Shown in pieces: positions 19,677-34,199 of a DNA stretch of 64,000 nucleotides. The position numbers and the translations under genes are program-made. Under the pieces are notes generated by a model that saw nothing but the letters and a program-made list of their open reading frames with translations, was not told the DNA's origin and made no database searches. Where the stretch lies: NCBI GenBank assembly GCA_016710365.1, contig JADJVW010000029.1, forward strand, positions 18,962 through 82,961, read 5' to 3'. Every line of letters starts with the position of its first letter. Position 1 is the first letter of the stretch. Source of the DNA: Candidatus Caldilinea saccharophila (GTDB taxonomy: Bacteria; Chloroflexota; Anaerolineae; Caldilineales; Caldilineaceae).

Positions 19677-20420
19677 CTATTTCCCATGCACCACCCGCGC
19701 CACCGCCGCGGTCACCGCCGCGGGATCCTCTGCCTGGAAGATGTTGCGGCCGATGGCAACACCCGCGCCGCCGGCCTGCATGGCCGCTTCGATATCGCCC
19801 AACATCGCCGCCTCGGCGCCGCGCTTGGCGCCGCCCAGCACCACGACCGGGACATAGCAGCCCGCGGTCACCTGCTCGAAGCCGGCGACGTAAGGCGTCT
19901 TGACGAAATCGGCGCCCAACTCCGCGGCGACGCGCACCGCGAGCGCGATGGCGTGCACGGTGCGCTGGTCGGGCGGGCTGTCGAAGCCGCCGGGCACCAT
20001 CTCCGCCATCACCGGCAGCCCCCAGCGGTGCGCCGCGGCGATCACGTGCGCCAGCCGCTCCAGCGATTCCACCTCGACCGCCGCGCCGGGAAAAGCCGAG
20101 ACCGCCACCGCATCCGCGCCGATGCGCAGCGCTTCCTCCACGCCGAAGAAGAGGCTGCCCGGCCCGCTGCTATTGCCCAGGCTCGTCGCGCCGCCATCCA
20201 CGCGCAGGATCAACCCCAGCCCCGCCAACTCCGCGGCAAAGCGCCGCGCCACGCCGTACGACGTGAGCACGGCGTCCGCGCCGCCTGCAGCGACCTTTGC
20301 GATCGTCTCTCCTGGCCGCTCCAACCCGGCGCACGGCCCATCGATCAGCCCATGATCCATCGCCACGATCAGCGCCCGTCCGTCCCCTTGAAAAATCCGT
20401 TTCAACCGCCTTACCGTCAT
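19677..20420 (-). CDS. Class I aldolase, DhnA/LsrF family
   Basis: [33 protein letters not shown] (Schiff-base Lys), VVLGG, GRNIFQ. Confidence 0.9.
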   Translation of the reverse strand: MTVRRLKRIFQGDGRALIVAMDHGLIDGPCAGLERPGETIAKVAAGGADAVLTSYGVARRFAAELAGLGLILRVDGGATSLGNSSGPGSLFFGVEEALRIGADAVAVSAFPGAAVEVESLERLAHVIAAAHRWGLPVMAEMVPGGFDSPPDQRTVHAIALAVRVAAELGADFVKTPYVAGFEQVTAGCYVPVVVLGGAKRGAEAAMLGDIEAAMQAGGAGVAIGRNIFQAEDPAAVTAAVARVVHGK

Positions 20421-20423
20421 AGC

Positions 20424-20485
20424 CCCAATCTCCAATCTCCCATTCTGCAATTTCCCAATCTTCAATCTCTAAATCCCTCAATCTC
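20424..20485. repeat. Degenerate 7-8 nt short tandem repeat (CCAATCT)
   Basis: CCAATCT CCAATCT CCCATTCT GCAATTT CCCAATCT TCAATCT...; a complementary version lies at 3114-3144. Confidence 0.7.
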
Positions 20486-20492
20486 CTACTCT

Positions 20493-22285
20493 CTACCCCT
20501 CCACCACTAACCGCCCATCCCGCCGCGCGCCACTTGTTGCATTCACGCCGCCATGGGCGCGAATGTGCGCCAGCAGTTCATTGCGAACGAACCAGTGTGT
20601 GGCGCGCTTGGGCAGGGCGTGGGCGTTCAAGGAGAGCTGCAGCGCGCCGCGCGCGATCTGTTCCCACGAATTGGCCAGCGTGTGGGTGAAACTCGTGCAC
20701 GCCATAACAAAGGCGCGATCCAATTGTACAGAGAGCGATTGACCATCGACCGTAATGTCCACCGCCGAGCCATCCCCGCGCTGCTCGCCAAGCACGATGC
20801 GATAGCGTACGCTGCGGCTGAAATGCAGAAAACCGCGCTCAAGATGCGCCTCATCCGGGCGGTCGATGCGGCGGGCGTTCTCCTGCAACAGTTGTGCAAG
20901 TTGATGACCGGTGATCGTACACAACTGGAGCGTGTCCGCGTAGGGCGTCACTTTGAACCAATCGCCAAAGGTGAGGCCGCCGATCGGCAGCCCCGCTGAA
21001 ATGCAGGAGGCGTCGATCGCGGCGAAATCCACCGGCTGGCCGGCCTGGCGGCAGCGTTCCACCAGCGCGTCGGTGATGAAGTTGCAGAGTGCGGATTCGT
21101 GCGCCGCCAATTCGTTGCGAACAGTGTCGATGCTGAGGTCGGGGTGATCGCTGACCGTGCCAAGCGATTCAGCAAAGAGCGGCTCGACCTGTTTGAGCAG
21201 CGGCTGGACATAAGCCCGCTCGAACAACTCGTCGTCGGGCAGGTGTGCGGTGGCGAGCAGTTGCACATTGGTCACCGCTGCCCACCGTCGTCCAACCGTA
21301 ATATCGACCTCGCCGAGAAAGTCGCCCTGTTTGCCCGCCTGCACGATCGGGATGCCGTTGACGATATTGTGCGGGCTAAGCCCCTGTTCATTGAGGGCGT
21401 GATGGGTGTGGCCGCCGATGATCACCTGCACCGCGCCGGTGGGTAGTGCCGCGGCCAGTTCCCGATCGCCGGCGTCGAGTACGCTGGCCGAGCTGGACGC
21501 CAGGCTGTAGCCAAGATGGCTGAGTACGATCATGACCTCGCTGACCTGCTGACCGCGGGCAGCAAATTGTGCATCACCTGGATCGGGTCGACGAAGTGCA
21601 GCGTTGAATCGGGCTGTGGCGCAATCTGCGCCGGCGTCGTCAACCCGTTCACCGCCACGCGCACATCCTTGACGACAAAGAGCGCGGCTGGAAAATACAT
21701 GCCGGACAGCCACGAGCAACCCGCCAGATTCGCGGTCAGAAGCGGAAATGTCGCATCAGCCATCAGCGCACTGGCAAGGAGACGCACGCCGAGGTCGAGA
21801 TCGTGGTTGCCCATCGTGCTGGCGTCGATGCCCGCCGCCGAATAGAGGCGGTAGGCCGCGTGCGCCTGGAAGCTCTCCGGCTCACTGCCGAGCAGCGCAT
21901 CGAAGACGCTGCCCACCGAGTCGTCGCCCGCGCTGAAGGCCAGCACCCCACGCTGCGGATGGGTGCGATATTGCTGGCGCAGGGTATGAATGTGGCCGGC
22001 CATGCGTGAGAAGAGAGCCTGCGCCCCGTTGCGCTCAAAGTACACGAGGTTGCCGTGCAGGTCGTTGAAATGTGCAATCTTGAGGCGGAAGGGGTAATCG
22101 ACGTCCTCGCGTTTTGCAGGCAGCGTTGCATCGGCGTCGGGGATGAGCCGCTCGATCGGGGCGGCGGTGGCGTCGCCGGCAAAGAGAAAACGCTCGACGC
22201 CATACTCATCGACCGCGCCAATCCGCGTCAACCGCAGCGCGCCGGTCGGAATCGAAAAAAACTCACGTGGTCGTTTCAGCAACAT
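20493..22285 (-). CDS. Bifunctional metallophosphatase / 5'-nucleotidase, frameshift near 21545
   Basis: HFNDLHG, SAGDD, MGNHDLD, LSHLG, IIGGHTH and a 5'-nucleotidase C-terminal domain. Confidence 0.88.
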
Positions 22286-22328
22286 GAGAAGCGCCTATCC
22301 GCACGTGGAAATGGCTAAACGAGGATCA

Positions 22329-22413
22329 ATGGAACGCGGATGACGCGGATTTGGCGGATTTTCACGGATCAAATCTGCGGAAATCCGTTCAATCCGCGTC
22401 ATCCGCGTTCCAT
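22329..22413. repeat. 9-nt-periodic GCGGAT palindromic element
   Basis: ATGGAACGCGGATGACGCGGAT...ATCCGCGTCATCCGCGTTCCAT. Confidence 0.85.
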
Positions 22414-22425
22414 CACAGGTTTTCA

Positions 22426-23422
22426 TCATCCGATCCGTCCGAACTGATCGGGCGTGATCGGGTGGAGGGGCGGCTCGCCGGCAAAGAAGCGGCGCAGCTC
22501 CTCCACCGCCATCTCGCCCATGCGCGTGCAGTCGGTGATGCAGCCGGCCAGGTGCGGGGTGACGACAACGTTGGGCAGGCTGCGCAGCGGGCTGTCCAAC
22601 GCGGGCGGCTCCGGGTCGGTCACGTCCAGGAAGGCAAAGAAGCGGCCTTTGCGCAATTCATCGATCAGCGCGGGTTCGTCGATCAGCGCGCCGCGCGCGG
22701 TGTTGATGAGCACCGCGTCGTCCTGCATCTCCTGCAGCAGCGCGCGGCTGAGCATGTGATAGGTGGATGGCACGGCCGGCGCGTGCAGCGACACGATGTC
22801 GGCGCGGCGCACGAGTTCCGCCAGCTCCACCTTGGCGACGCCCAGGCGGGCGGCTTCTTCGGTGGAAACAAAGGGGTCGTAGAGCAGCACCGTCGTGCGG
22901 AACGGGCGCAGCAGATCGAGGACATGGCGTCCGACGCTGCTGGCGCCGACCAGCCCGATCACGCTGCTCGACACTTCGCGCGAGGGCCAGGCACTGCTCT
23001 CGCGCCAGCCGCCCTCGCGTACGTGCTGGCCGAGCGGCAGAATGCGTTTGGCGCCGACGATGATCAGCCCCAGCGTCGTCTCGGCGACATCGCGCCAGCG
23101 CCGGCCCCGCGCTCGTGACCTGGATGCCGCGCGCCCAGAGCGCATCGCTGATAAATCGCTTGACGCTGCCCGCGGCGTGCGCCAGCGCGCGCAATTGCGG
23201 CGCGGCGGCGAGCACGTCGGCGTCGAGCGGGGCGACATCCCAACTGGTGATGCAGGCGTCGGCGCGCGGCAGCAGCGCGATCAGCGCGGCCTTATCCGCC
23301 GGGTCGTCGCCGGGGTGGTGGATAACGTCGGCAAAGGTGTTCAGTTCGCGCCACGCCGCGTCGGAGAAGATGCGGGCGTAGTGCGTGTGGCCGATGGTGA
23401 TGGCGATGGTAGGTTTGGGCAT
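22426..23422 (-). CDS. D-isomer 2-hydroxyacid dehydrogenase family protein, frameshift near 23100
   Basis: HAAGSVK, GLVGASSVG, SLHAP, LINTARG, LDVTDPEP, TPHLAG. Confidence 0.9.
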
Positions 23423-23465
23423 AGGTAATTGGGTATCGCTTTCTGTTTGGTTGTCTTAGTATCTA

Positions 23466-24397
23466 ACCCAAGTTGCTACCTTGAGGGTGAGTTGAAAATG
23501 CCATGGAGTTCCGTTACTGTTACAGGTCGACAAACCAAGACAGAGAACGGAGAACTCCATGGACACCAACATTGTACTCGTATACTGCTTGTGCGACGAC
23601 TTGCTGAAATGGCAACATCATCGAGATGATCCACAATGTGTGCTGAGCGACGCGGAAGTCATGACGATCGCCATGGTGGCTGCCATGTACTTTGGCGGCA
23701 ATCAGGCAATGGCGTGCATGCTGCTGTACGAACAGGGCTATCTCAAGAGCACAATCAGCCGCAGTCGCCTCTGTCGTCGTCTCAAGCGAGTGAAGCACCA
23801 GTTTATGACGCTTTTCCGGCTGGTGGGCGACGTTGCCAAAGAGCGCAACGACGGAAACATCTACATCATTGACAGCCTACCGGTCGCAGTCTGTGACAAT
23901 TACCGGATTCGCCGCTGCAAGCTTTATCGGGACAAAGCCTATCGAGGCTATCAAGCCAGCAAGAAACGCTACTTTTATGGACTCAAGATTCATCTGGTCG
24001 TCACCAAAGAGGGACTCCCTGTCGAGTTCCTGCTCTCGCCCGGTGCGTTCAGCGATACGTCCGCACTCGACCAGTTCGATTTTGACCTTCCACCGCAGGC
24101 TTGGATCATCGGCGACAAAGCCTATAACGTCTACCACATCGAAGATGTCATGGCTGACTGTGACCGATTACTCTTGCCGATTCGCAAAGCCAACTCCAAA
24201 CGACCACATGAGCCATGGATGACTTACCTGCTCGCCCACTATCGCAAACAAGTCGAAACCGCAGGCAGCCAGATCGAACGCCTCCTGCCCAAACACATTC
24301 ACGCTGTCACGGCCGATGGCTTCGAACTCAAGACCATCCTCTTCGTCCTGGCTTCCTCCATCTTCTCTATCTTCCGCCCTTAGGTGGCAACTTGGGT
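23466..24397 (+). mobile_element. IS982 family insertion sequence (932 bp)
   Basis: Terminal IRs ACCCAAGTTGCTACCT / AGGTGGCAACTTGGGT; transposase stop lies inside IRR. Confidence 0.92.
23559..24383 (+). CDS. IS982 family DDE transposase
   Basis: [47 protein letters not shown]. Confidence 0.93.
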   Translation: MDTNIVLVYCLCDDLLKWQHHRDDPQCVLSDAEVMTIAMVAAMYFGGNQAMACMLLYEQGYLKSTISRSRLCRRLKRVKHQFMTLFRLVGDVAKERNDGNIYIIDSLPVAVCDNYRIRRCKLYRDKAYRGYQASKKRYFYGLKIHLVVTKEGLPVEFLLSPGAFSDTSALDQFDFDLPPQAWIIGDKAYNVYHIEDVMADCDRLLLPIRKANSKRPHEPWMTYLLAHYRKQVETAGSQIERLLPKHIHAVTADGFELKTILFVLASSIFSIFRP

Positions 24398-24400
24398 TAA

Positions 24401-25540
24401 TTAGGAAGCCTGATCGCCTACCACGTACCCGATCTGGGCGCCTGGCTTCAAAAATGGACGCAACTCTGCCAGGTGACGCGCCATGCCGCCAAAATAGAGG
24501 CGTGTAACGCGCGCATAAAGGCGCTCAAACCCTGAGGTCTTCCCCAACTCCACCCGACGACGTTCAATTTCTGTAGCCAACGCTTGAATCTCTGCATGGT
24601 CGGCCACCCACGCGTCGTCATCATCCTGTTTGTAAACGTTGCGCGTGTTGGAGCGCAACAGCCCCTGCTTGATGGCCCGCAGATCAGCCTTGTTGTGCAT
24701 GTAGCCAAGTACAACCGATTCGAGACGGGTGGTGCGTGTGTAGTCCTTCTCGTTTGGATAGGGCGGCGACGTGAAAACAGCATCGATAGATCGTGGCTCC
24801 AGCAGATCTGAAAGCCGACGTGCATCGGCGTGATGGATGGTGACAGGCGGCGCAGTGCGATCCACCCTGTACAAGTCATCGGCCATACGTTCCACCGCAG
24901 CCAGCCAACTTTCAACGACCGGGGCATCGACAAGCTTTGTGCGGCGCACCCCCACCTCCGGGCCAAAATGGAGGTTGCTCGCGTCGTACACTAGCGTGCG
25001 CGCCAGCGCCAGACGCAAGTGGCGGTAGCCCGGCTCGTCGCACGCACTGTCGATCTGTTCTAGCAATAACAACACCTTGTGCAGCGGCAGCGGGCTGATC
25101 GAGCCCTTAAGCAGCAAGGCTTCGGCCTCCGCCGGCAATGTGCGCAACGCATTGGGTTGGCTGCGTTCAATAGCTTGGCGCGTCGCAGCGGCAATCTGCT
25201 GGGTGCGACGCAGCAGCGCAGCAGGATCGACCATCCAATCGGTCTTGACGCTGCCGGCAAAGTGCGCCAGTGCGTTGGCCTCGACGCCAACGGCAGCCAG
25301 CCCCTGCAATTTTGCTTCCACCACCGTCGTCCCCGTGCCGCAGAATGGGTCGAGCACGGTTTGTCCTGGCGCCAGCTTGAAACGCTGCAGATAATCGCGC
25401 ACGAGATGGGGCGGAAAGGAAAGCACGAAGCGATACCAATCATGCACCGCGCGATCATCTACGCCCAGCCGGTTGGCCGTGGCATTGGTTCTGGCGCTTT
25501 CAGGTTCGGTGGCTTCAGACAATAAAGCAAGCTGTGACAT
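24401..25540 (-). CDS. DNA N4-cytosine methyltransferase, probably 3'-truncated at IS982
   Basis: HDWYRF, VLDPFCGTGTT (motif I), FTSPPY (motif IV), LKPG..GYVVGDQAS then stop 3 bp from the IS end. Confidence 0.8.
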   Translation of the reverse strand: MSQLALLSEATEPESARTNATANRLGVDDRAVHDWYRFVLSFPPHLVRDYLQRFKLAPGQTVLDPFCGTGTTVVEAKLQGLAAVGVEANALAHFAGSVKTDWMVDPAALLRRTQQIAAATRQAIERSQPNALRTLPAEAEALLLKGSISPLPLHKVLLLLEQIDSACDEPGYRHLRLALARTLVYDASNLHFGPEVGVRRTKLVDAPVVESWLAAVERMADDLYRVDRTAPPVTIHHADARRLSDLLEPRSIDAVFTSPPYPNEKDYTRTTRLESVVLGYMHNKADLRAIKQGLLRSNTRNVYKQDDDDAWVADHAEIQALATEIERRRVELGKTSGFERLYARVTRLYFGGMARHLAELRPFLKPGAQIGYVVGDQAS

Positions 25541-25787
25541 GGATCGGCTGGTCGGCAATCAAGGACAAAACGGCTGGCGCAAACAGGTATTCCGTCGGCC
25601 ACTAGTGTAACACACAGGCCACGATTGTCTCTGTCCGCGCGCTGCCAGCACAATCGTGACGTAGGGGCGGCGGCGGCGCTTGATAGTGAGCACAAAGTAT
25701 TGCAGGCAAGCCCGGTCAAAGCATGGTTCTGCTATACTACACGCCATGATGAGAATGCAGTCAACGCCAGAGCTTGCAATCGGCGAA

Positions 25788-27117
25788 ATGAGGAGTGAGG
25801 TGAGCAGAGGCAGCCGGCGCGGTTGGCGTGTGCGCCTCCGCCAGATCACCGGCCTGACCGCGGCCGTGGTGGTGGCATTGACTCTGTTGGGCAGCGCCAA
25901 TGTTGATAGCTTCACGCAGCTACGCTACAGCCTCGATGCCAAAGTGGATGGGTGGATGTGGGATTTGATCGCCTGGGAATTTACAGCGGTCGGTCGGAAG
26001 GTGAGCGAACAATTTCACCAGCCGGCAGCCGGGCTGACGTCAACTGACCAGGCAACGCTTGTGCAGCGCTACCTGGCTCGCGCAGAGGAGATCGGCGCGC
26101 TGGAAGCGCAGGTCGAACGCATTTACAGTGAAGGCGCTGGTAGTGAAACAGGGGCCGGTGAAACAGGCGGCGCTGCCACCGCAGAGAGCATATCGTTGCA
26201 ACAGCAGATCGACGCGCGGCGCACCGAGCAGGACGCCGCGCGCCCGGCAGCCGAGGCCATCCTGGAAGGGCAGGTTGGCGCGGCATTGGTCGAGGAGGGC
26301 ATCACGTGGTTTGGCAATGCGTTTCCGCCAGTCTGGTTCACCTTTAGCGAACCGCCCATGAAAATGGTCGTCAGCCCACGCGCACGCATTACGTCGGCGC
26401 ATTATGCAATGCTCCAGCCGGGCGTACCAGTCGCCGAACGCGAGCGGATCGAACAGGCGATCCGGCAGGAGGATGACCTGAGCGCCTATATCACGAATAT
26501 TGGTGGGTTGGGCGCTTATCCGACGTTGGTCATCGACCGTGCGCCGTTGGCATGGGTGCTCTCCACGGTGGCGCACGAATGGGTGCACAACTATCTGACC
26601 CTCTTTCCGCTTGGCTTCAATTACAGCACTACCTCCGATCTGACGATTCTCAACGAGACGGTCGCCGACATCGTGGGCGATGAAATCGGAGAGCGCGTGC
26701 TGGAACTCCATTATCCGGAGTTTGCGCAAAGCCTTGCCGCGCGTGCGGCTGCCGTCGATGCCGGTGAGACAGCACCCCCTGCTTTTGACTTCCGCAAAGA
26801 GATGCGTCACACGCGAAGTCGTCGACCAATTTCTCGCGCTGGGACGGGTGGAGGATGCCGAAGAGTACATGGAAATCCGCCGGCTGCTCTTTGTCGAAAA
26901 TGGCTACGCGATCCGCACCCTCAACCAGGCCTACTTTGCCTTTCATGGCAGCTACGGCACGGGCGCCGCGGCCACCAGCCCCATCGGGCCTAAACTGGAG
27001 GAATTGCGCAGTCTGACCCCGGATGTTCGCACTTTTCTGGAAACCGTGCGCAGCTTCACCATGCCGGAGGATTTGGACAAAGCGTTAGAACAATGGCGCC
27101 AGGTAGCAACGAGTTGA
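25788..27117 (+). CDS. Membrane-anchored putative zinc metallopeptidase (HExxH), frameshift near 26810
   Basis: N-terminal TM helix; GGLGAYP, VAHEWVH followed by NETVAD, LNQAYFAFHGSYG. Confidence 0.6.
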
Positions 27118-27274
27118 TCAAAATTCGTTGCTATGTTAGTTTGCAGAAGTGCGTTCAAAGGTCATCGGATTGATATGACTTTTGAACGCGCCGTCTGTTT
27201 GTCCAACAACGCATAGAATTTTTAGCGATTTGCAGAAATTTAGCAGTTCGCAATTTTGCAACGAATGGGATCCT

Positions 27275-29206
27275 ATGACTGAACTCGATGGCCAGCAATC
27301 ACAATTTGATTTTGCCCCTACCGCCCGGGAGGCGCCGCGCGGGAAGCACTTATACTATCTGGCGCTGGGCGCGCTGGGCGTCGTTTACGGCGATATCGGC
27401 ACCAGCCCCCTCTATGCTTTCCGCGAATCCTTCCACGACAGCTATGGCATCCCGCCCTCGGCGAATAATATTCTTGGGGTGCTTTCGTTGATTTTCTGGG
27501 CGCTGATTCTGGTCATCTCGGTCAAGTATCTAATTTTCGTGATGCGCGCCGACAACCACGGCGAGGGTGGCATTCTGGCGTTGACTGCGCTGATCGGCGC
27601 CAAACGCCGGGTGATGATCACCGGCACCTGGCGTTGGACGCTGGTAATGCTGGGGTTATTTGGCACGGCGCTCCTCTATGGCGACGGCATGATCACCCCC
27701 GCGATCTCGGTGCTTTCGGCGGTGGAAGGTTTAGGTATCGCAACGCCCTTCTTCAACCCCTATATTGTGCCGATCACCATCATCATCCTGGTGGGACTCT
27801 TCATGTTCCAAAGTCGCGGCACCGAACGCGTAGGGCGCATTTTTGGCCCGATTACGCTTCTCTGGTTTGCGGTGCTCGCGGTGCTGGGCCTCAGTTGGAT
27901 CGTGCGCCAGCCGAGCGTTTTGGCCGCAATCAACCCTTATTATGGGTTTGAATTCTTCTGGCTCAATGGCTGGCGCGGCTTCCTGGTGTTAGGGTCGGTC
28001 TTTCTGGTCGTGACCGGCGGCGAGGCGCTTTACGCCGATATGGGACATTTTGGCAAGTCTCCCATTCGCCTGGCTTGGTTTGCCATCGTGCCGTCGGCGC
28101 TGTTGCTCAACTACTTCGGACAGGGCGCCTTGCTGCTCCAACATCCCGAGGCCGTGGAAAATCCTTTCTACCAGATGGCGCCGAGCTGGGCGCTGATCCC
28201 GCTGGTGATCATTGCCACCGCCGCCACCGTCATCGCTTCGCAGGCGCTGATCACAGGCGCGTTCTCGCTGACGATGCAGGCGGTGCAGCTTGGCTATCTG
28301 CCGCGCGTGCCCATCCTCCACACGTCTGCCAAAGAAAGGGGACAGATCTACATTGCAGCGATCAACTGGGTGCTGATGATCGCGTGCGTGTTGCTCGTGC
28401 TTGCTTTTGGCTCATCGAGCAATCTGGCCGCAGCGTACGGCGTGGCGGTCACCACCACTATGGTCATCACGACCTTGTTGCTCTTCCGCGTGGAGCGCAC
28501 GCGTTGGCGCTGGCCTCTGTGGGCGGCGTTGAGCTCGACGATCTTTTTTCTCGTGATCGATGTCGCGTTCTGGGGCGCCAACCTGGTCAAAATTCCGGCC
28601 GGCGGCTGGTTCCCGCTGACCATCGGCCTCGCCGTCATGATCATGATGACGACGTGGCGACAGGGACGTTCGTTGCTGAGCCAACGGTTGAAGGCCGGTA
28701 CGCGCCGCTTCAGCGACTTTGTCGAACATCTGGATTTTGACAAGCTGGTGCGGGTGCCGGGCACCGCGATCTTCATGTACAGCGACCCGGACGGCACGCC
28801 GCCGGCTCTGATCCACAACTTGCGCCACAACAAGGTGCTCCACGCACGCGTGGTATTGCTTTCCGTCAGCACCTACGAGGTGCCGCGCGTGCCGCCCGAC
28901 CATCGTATGTCGATCCAGGATATCGGGCACGGGTTCTATCGCATGACGCTCCACTATGGCTTTATGGAGACGAGCAACGTATTCCGCGATCTAACGATGG
29001 CCGATGCCCACGGGCTTGCCCTCGATTTGGACGATGTCAGCTTCTTCTTGGGCAGCGAACGCCTGCTGGCCACGTCGCGCCCGGGGATGGCGCCGTGGCG
29101 TGAAAAGCTCTTTGTGGTGATGAGCCGCAACTCCACCAACGCCGCCAACTTTTTCTCGCTGCCGCCCGACCGCGTGGTTGAATTGGGGACGACGGTAGAA
29201 TTGTAG
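27275..29206 (+). CDS. kup: Potassium transporter Kup
   Basis: GVVYGDIGTSPLY, ADNHGEGG, YGDGMITPAISVLSAVEG, TGGEALYADMGHFG. Confidence 0.97.
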   Translation: MTELDGQQSQFDFAPTAREAPRGKHLYYLALGALGVVYGDIGTSPLYAFRESFHDSYGIPPSANNILGVLSLIFWALILVISVKYLIFVMRADNHGEGGILALTALIGAKRRVMITGTWRWTLVMLGLFGTALLYGDGMITPAISVLSAVEGLGIATPFFNPYIVPITIIILVGLFMFQSRGTERVGRIFGPITLLWFAVLAVLGLSWIVRQPSVLAAINPYYGFEFFWLNGWRGFLVLGSVFLVVTGGEALYADMGHFGKSPIRLAWFAIVPSALLLNYFGQGALLLQHPEAVENPFYQMAPSWALIPLVIIATAATVIASQALITGAFSLTMQAVQLGYLPRVPILHTSAKERGQIYIAAINWVLMIACVLLVLAFGSSSNLAAAYGVAVTTTMVITTLLLFRVERTRWRWPLWAALSSTIFFLVIDVAFWGANLVKIPAGGWFPLTIGLAVMIMMTTWRQGRSLLSQRLKAGTRRFSDFVEHLDFDKLVRVPGTAIFMYSDPDGTPPALIHNLRHNKVLHARVVLLSVSTYEVPRVPPDHRMSIQDIGHGFYRMTLHYGFMETSNVFRDLTMADAHGLALDLDDVSFFLGSERLLATSRPGMAPWREKLFVVMSRNSTNAANFFSLPPDRVVELGTTVEL

Positions 29207-29242
29207 CGCTATCCATCATGAAAAATTTGTTCTGCGCAGCGC

Positions 29243-29272
29243 TTGACAAACGCCTGCGCACTGTGCTAGATT
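29243..29272 (+). promoter_or_regulatory. sigma70-type promoter
   Basis: TTGACA 29243-29248 and extended -10 TGcTAGATT at 18-bp spacing. Confidence 0.6.
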
Positions 29273-29326
29273 GTCTCTTGCGCGAGAGGTGCTCGCGCCC
29301 ATAACCAAGAAAGGAACGGACGCACA

Positions 29327-29419
29327 ATGGTTATGCTCTTCCACAAAATCCTAATCACATCGATCGCCGGTGGTGGATTTCTGCGCAAAGGGAGTGGTGC
29401 GTCTGTCACCCATAACTAA
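29327..29419 (+). CDS. Putative 30-aa leader peptide
   Basis: SD AAGGAA, MVMLFHKILITSIAGGGFLRKGSGASVTHN*, embedded in hairpins. Confidence 0.45.
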   Translation: MVMLFHKILITSIAGGGFLRKGSGASVTHN

Positions 29420-29536
29420 ACTGTAAAGTTAGTTACGGGCGCATGCACCACACCGGTGCCTGCGGCCTTTTTGTTTGTCTTGGCTCTGTGCAATGGCGTG
29501 CTTGTCATTGCGCGGCGCACGAGAAAGCAACCAGCC

Positions 29537-29576
29537 ATGCAGGCATCGGACATTGCTCCAGATGCCTGCATTTTTT
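29537..29576 (+). terminator. Intrinsic terminator upstream of ABC exporter genes
   Basis: ATGCAGGCATC...GATGCCTGCAT followed by a T-run. Confidence 0.7.
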
Positions 29577-29623
29577 GTTACAGATTGTTGTCACAGACAA
29601 TTGTTATGGATGGTGAAGGTGAG

Positions 29624-29902
29624 ATGAAAAGCGAAGGCGAGACAAAGGCAGCTGCGACGGAGCGTGCAGCGCGTGGGGCGCCATCAGATAGCCCGGCGCG
29701 CTGGCATGACGCCCACCTTGCGGCAGAGGATGAGACAGGCGGCCTGTCGCGTCCACGAGAAAAGGCAGAAACGCAGCCTGGCGTGGACGCACCGTTTACC
29801 TGGCTCGATGATGAGGCCCCCGATGGTGAGGACAGCAGTGGTGCGTGGCGGGGCGAAGGATTAGAAACGCGATCGAGCGGCGTCTATCTGCTGATTGCAT
29901 GA
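29624..29902 (+). CDS. Small acidic hypothetical protein
   Basis: SD GAAGGTG before ATG 29624; 92 aa low-complexity acidic ORF. Confidence 0.4.
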   Translation: MKSEGETKAAATERAARGAPSDSPARWHDAHLAAEDETGGLSRPREKAETQPGVDAPFTWLDDEAPDGEDSSGAWRGEGLETRSSGVYLLIA

Positions 29903-29942
29903 GTCAATCAGCGTCGCCGCTTGTGTCATGGAGAGAGAAACA

Positions 29943-33662
<3,720 letters not shown>

Positions 33663-33700
33663 GCAGCCTTTTCTGTTGGACGGGATTGTCTACTGATCTC

Positions 33701-33754
33701 TGTGCCTGCAATCTTCCAGGAAGCTTCGAAGCTTCCTGGAAGATTGCAGGCACA
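33701..33754. repeat. Perfect 54-bp palindrome between convergent genes
   Basis: TGTGCCTGCAATCTTCCAGGAAGCTTC|GAAGCTTCCTGGAAGATTGCAGGCACA; relative at 46353-46391. Confidence 0.92.
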
Positions 33755-33766
33755 AGCGATTAGTCA

Positions 33767-34189
33767 TCAAGCAGGTTGGGACTTGAGCATGTCGCCCCAG
33801 CCGCCTTGCACCATGGTCTGAAACTTCCACTGGCCGTCAACCTTGACCAGGATGTCAGCATAGCGCATCGCGTAGACCTGTCCCCCGCCGGTCACGACCG
33901 CGTCGGTGATCACTGCGACCAAGTTGCCGGTCAGAAAGAAGGGCGTGCGCGTCATCTGCATGTCGAGGTCGGGCGGCGTATCTTGCATAGCCGCGGTCAT
34001 AGTTTGAACGAACTGAGCGCGCGTCCAGTTCTCCGTATAGCCATTGCCCGCGCCGTCATCGGTAATGACATGGAGGGGAAACATTGCCATTTCCGCCATC
34101 CCTTCGACGTCGCCTTGCTGAGAGTGTGCGTCATATTCCGCAAACCATGCGTCGATGCTGCGTTTTAACTCTATGTCACTCATTTGCAT
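33767..34189 (-). CDS. NTF2/SnoaL-like fold protein
   Basis: WFAEYDA...GDVEGMA, YADILVKVDGQWKF. Confidence 0.7.
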   Translation of the reverse strand: MQMSDIELKRSIDAWFAEYDAHSQQGDVEGMAEMAMFPLHVITDDGAGNGYTENWTRAQFVQTMTAAMQDTPPDLDMQMTRTPFFLTGNLVAVITDAVVTGGGQVYAMRYADILVKVDGQWKFQTMVQGGWGDMLKSQPA

Positions 34190-34199
34190 TCCTGGTCAG

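Noticed and set aside
27118-27274. c-di-AMP (ydaO) riboswitch upstream of kup
   Set aside because: No recognisable conserved motifs or terminator; only an AT-rich promoter-like region
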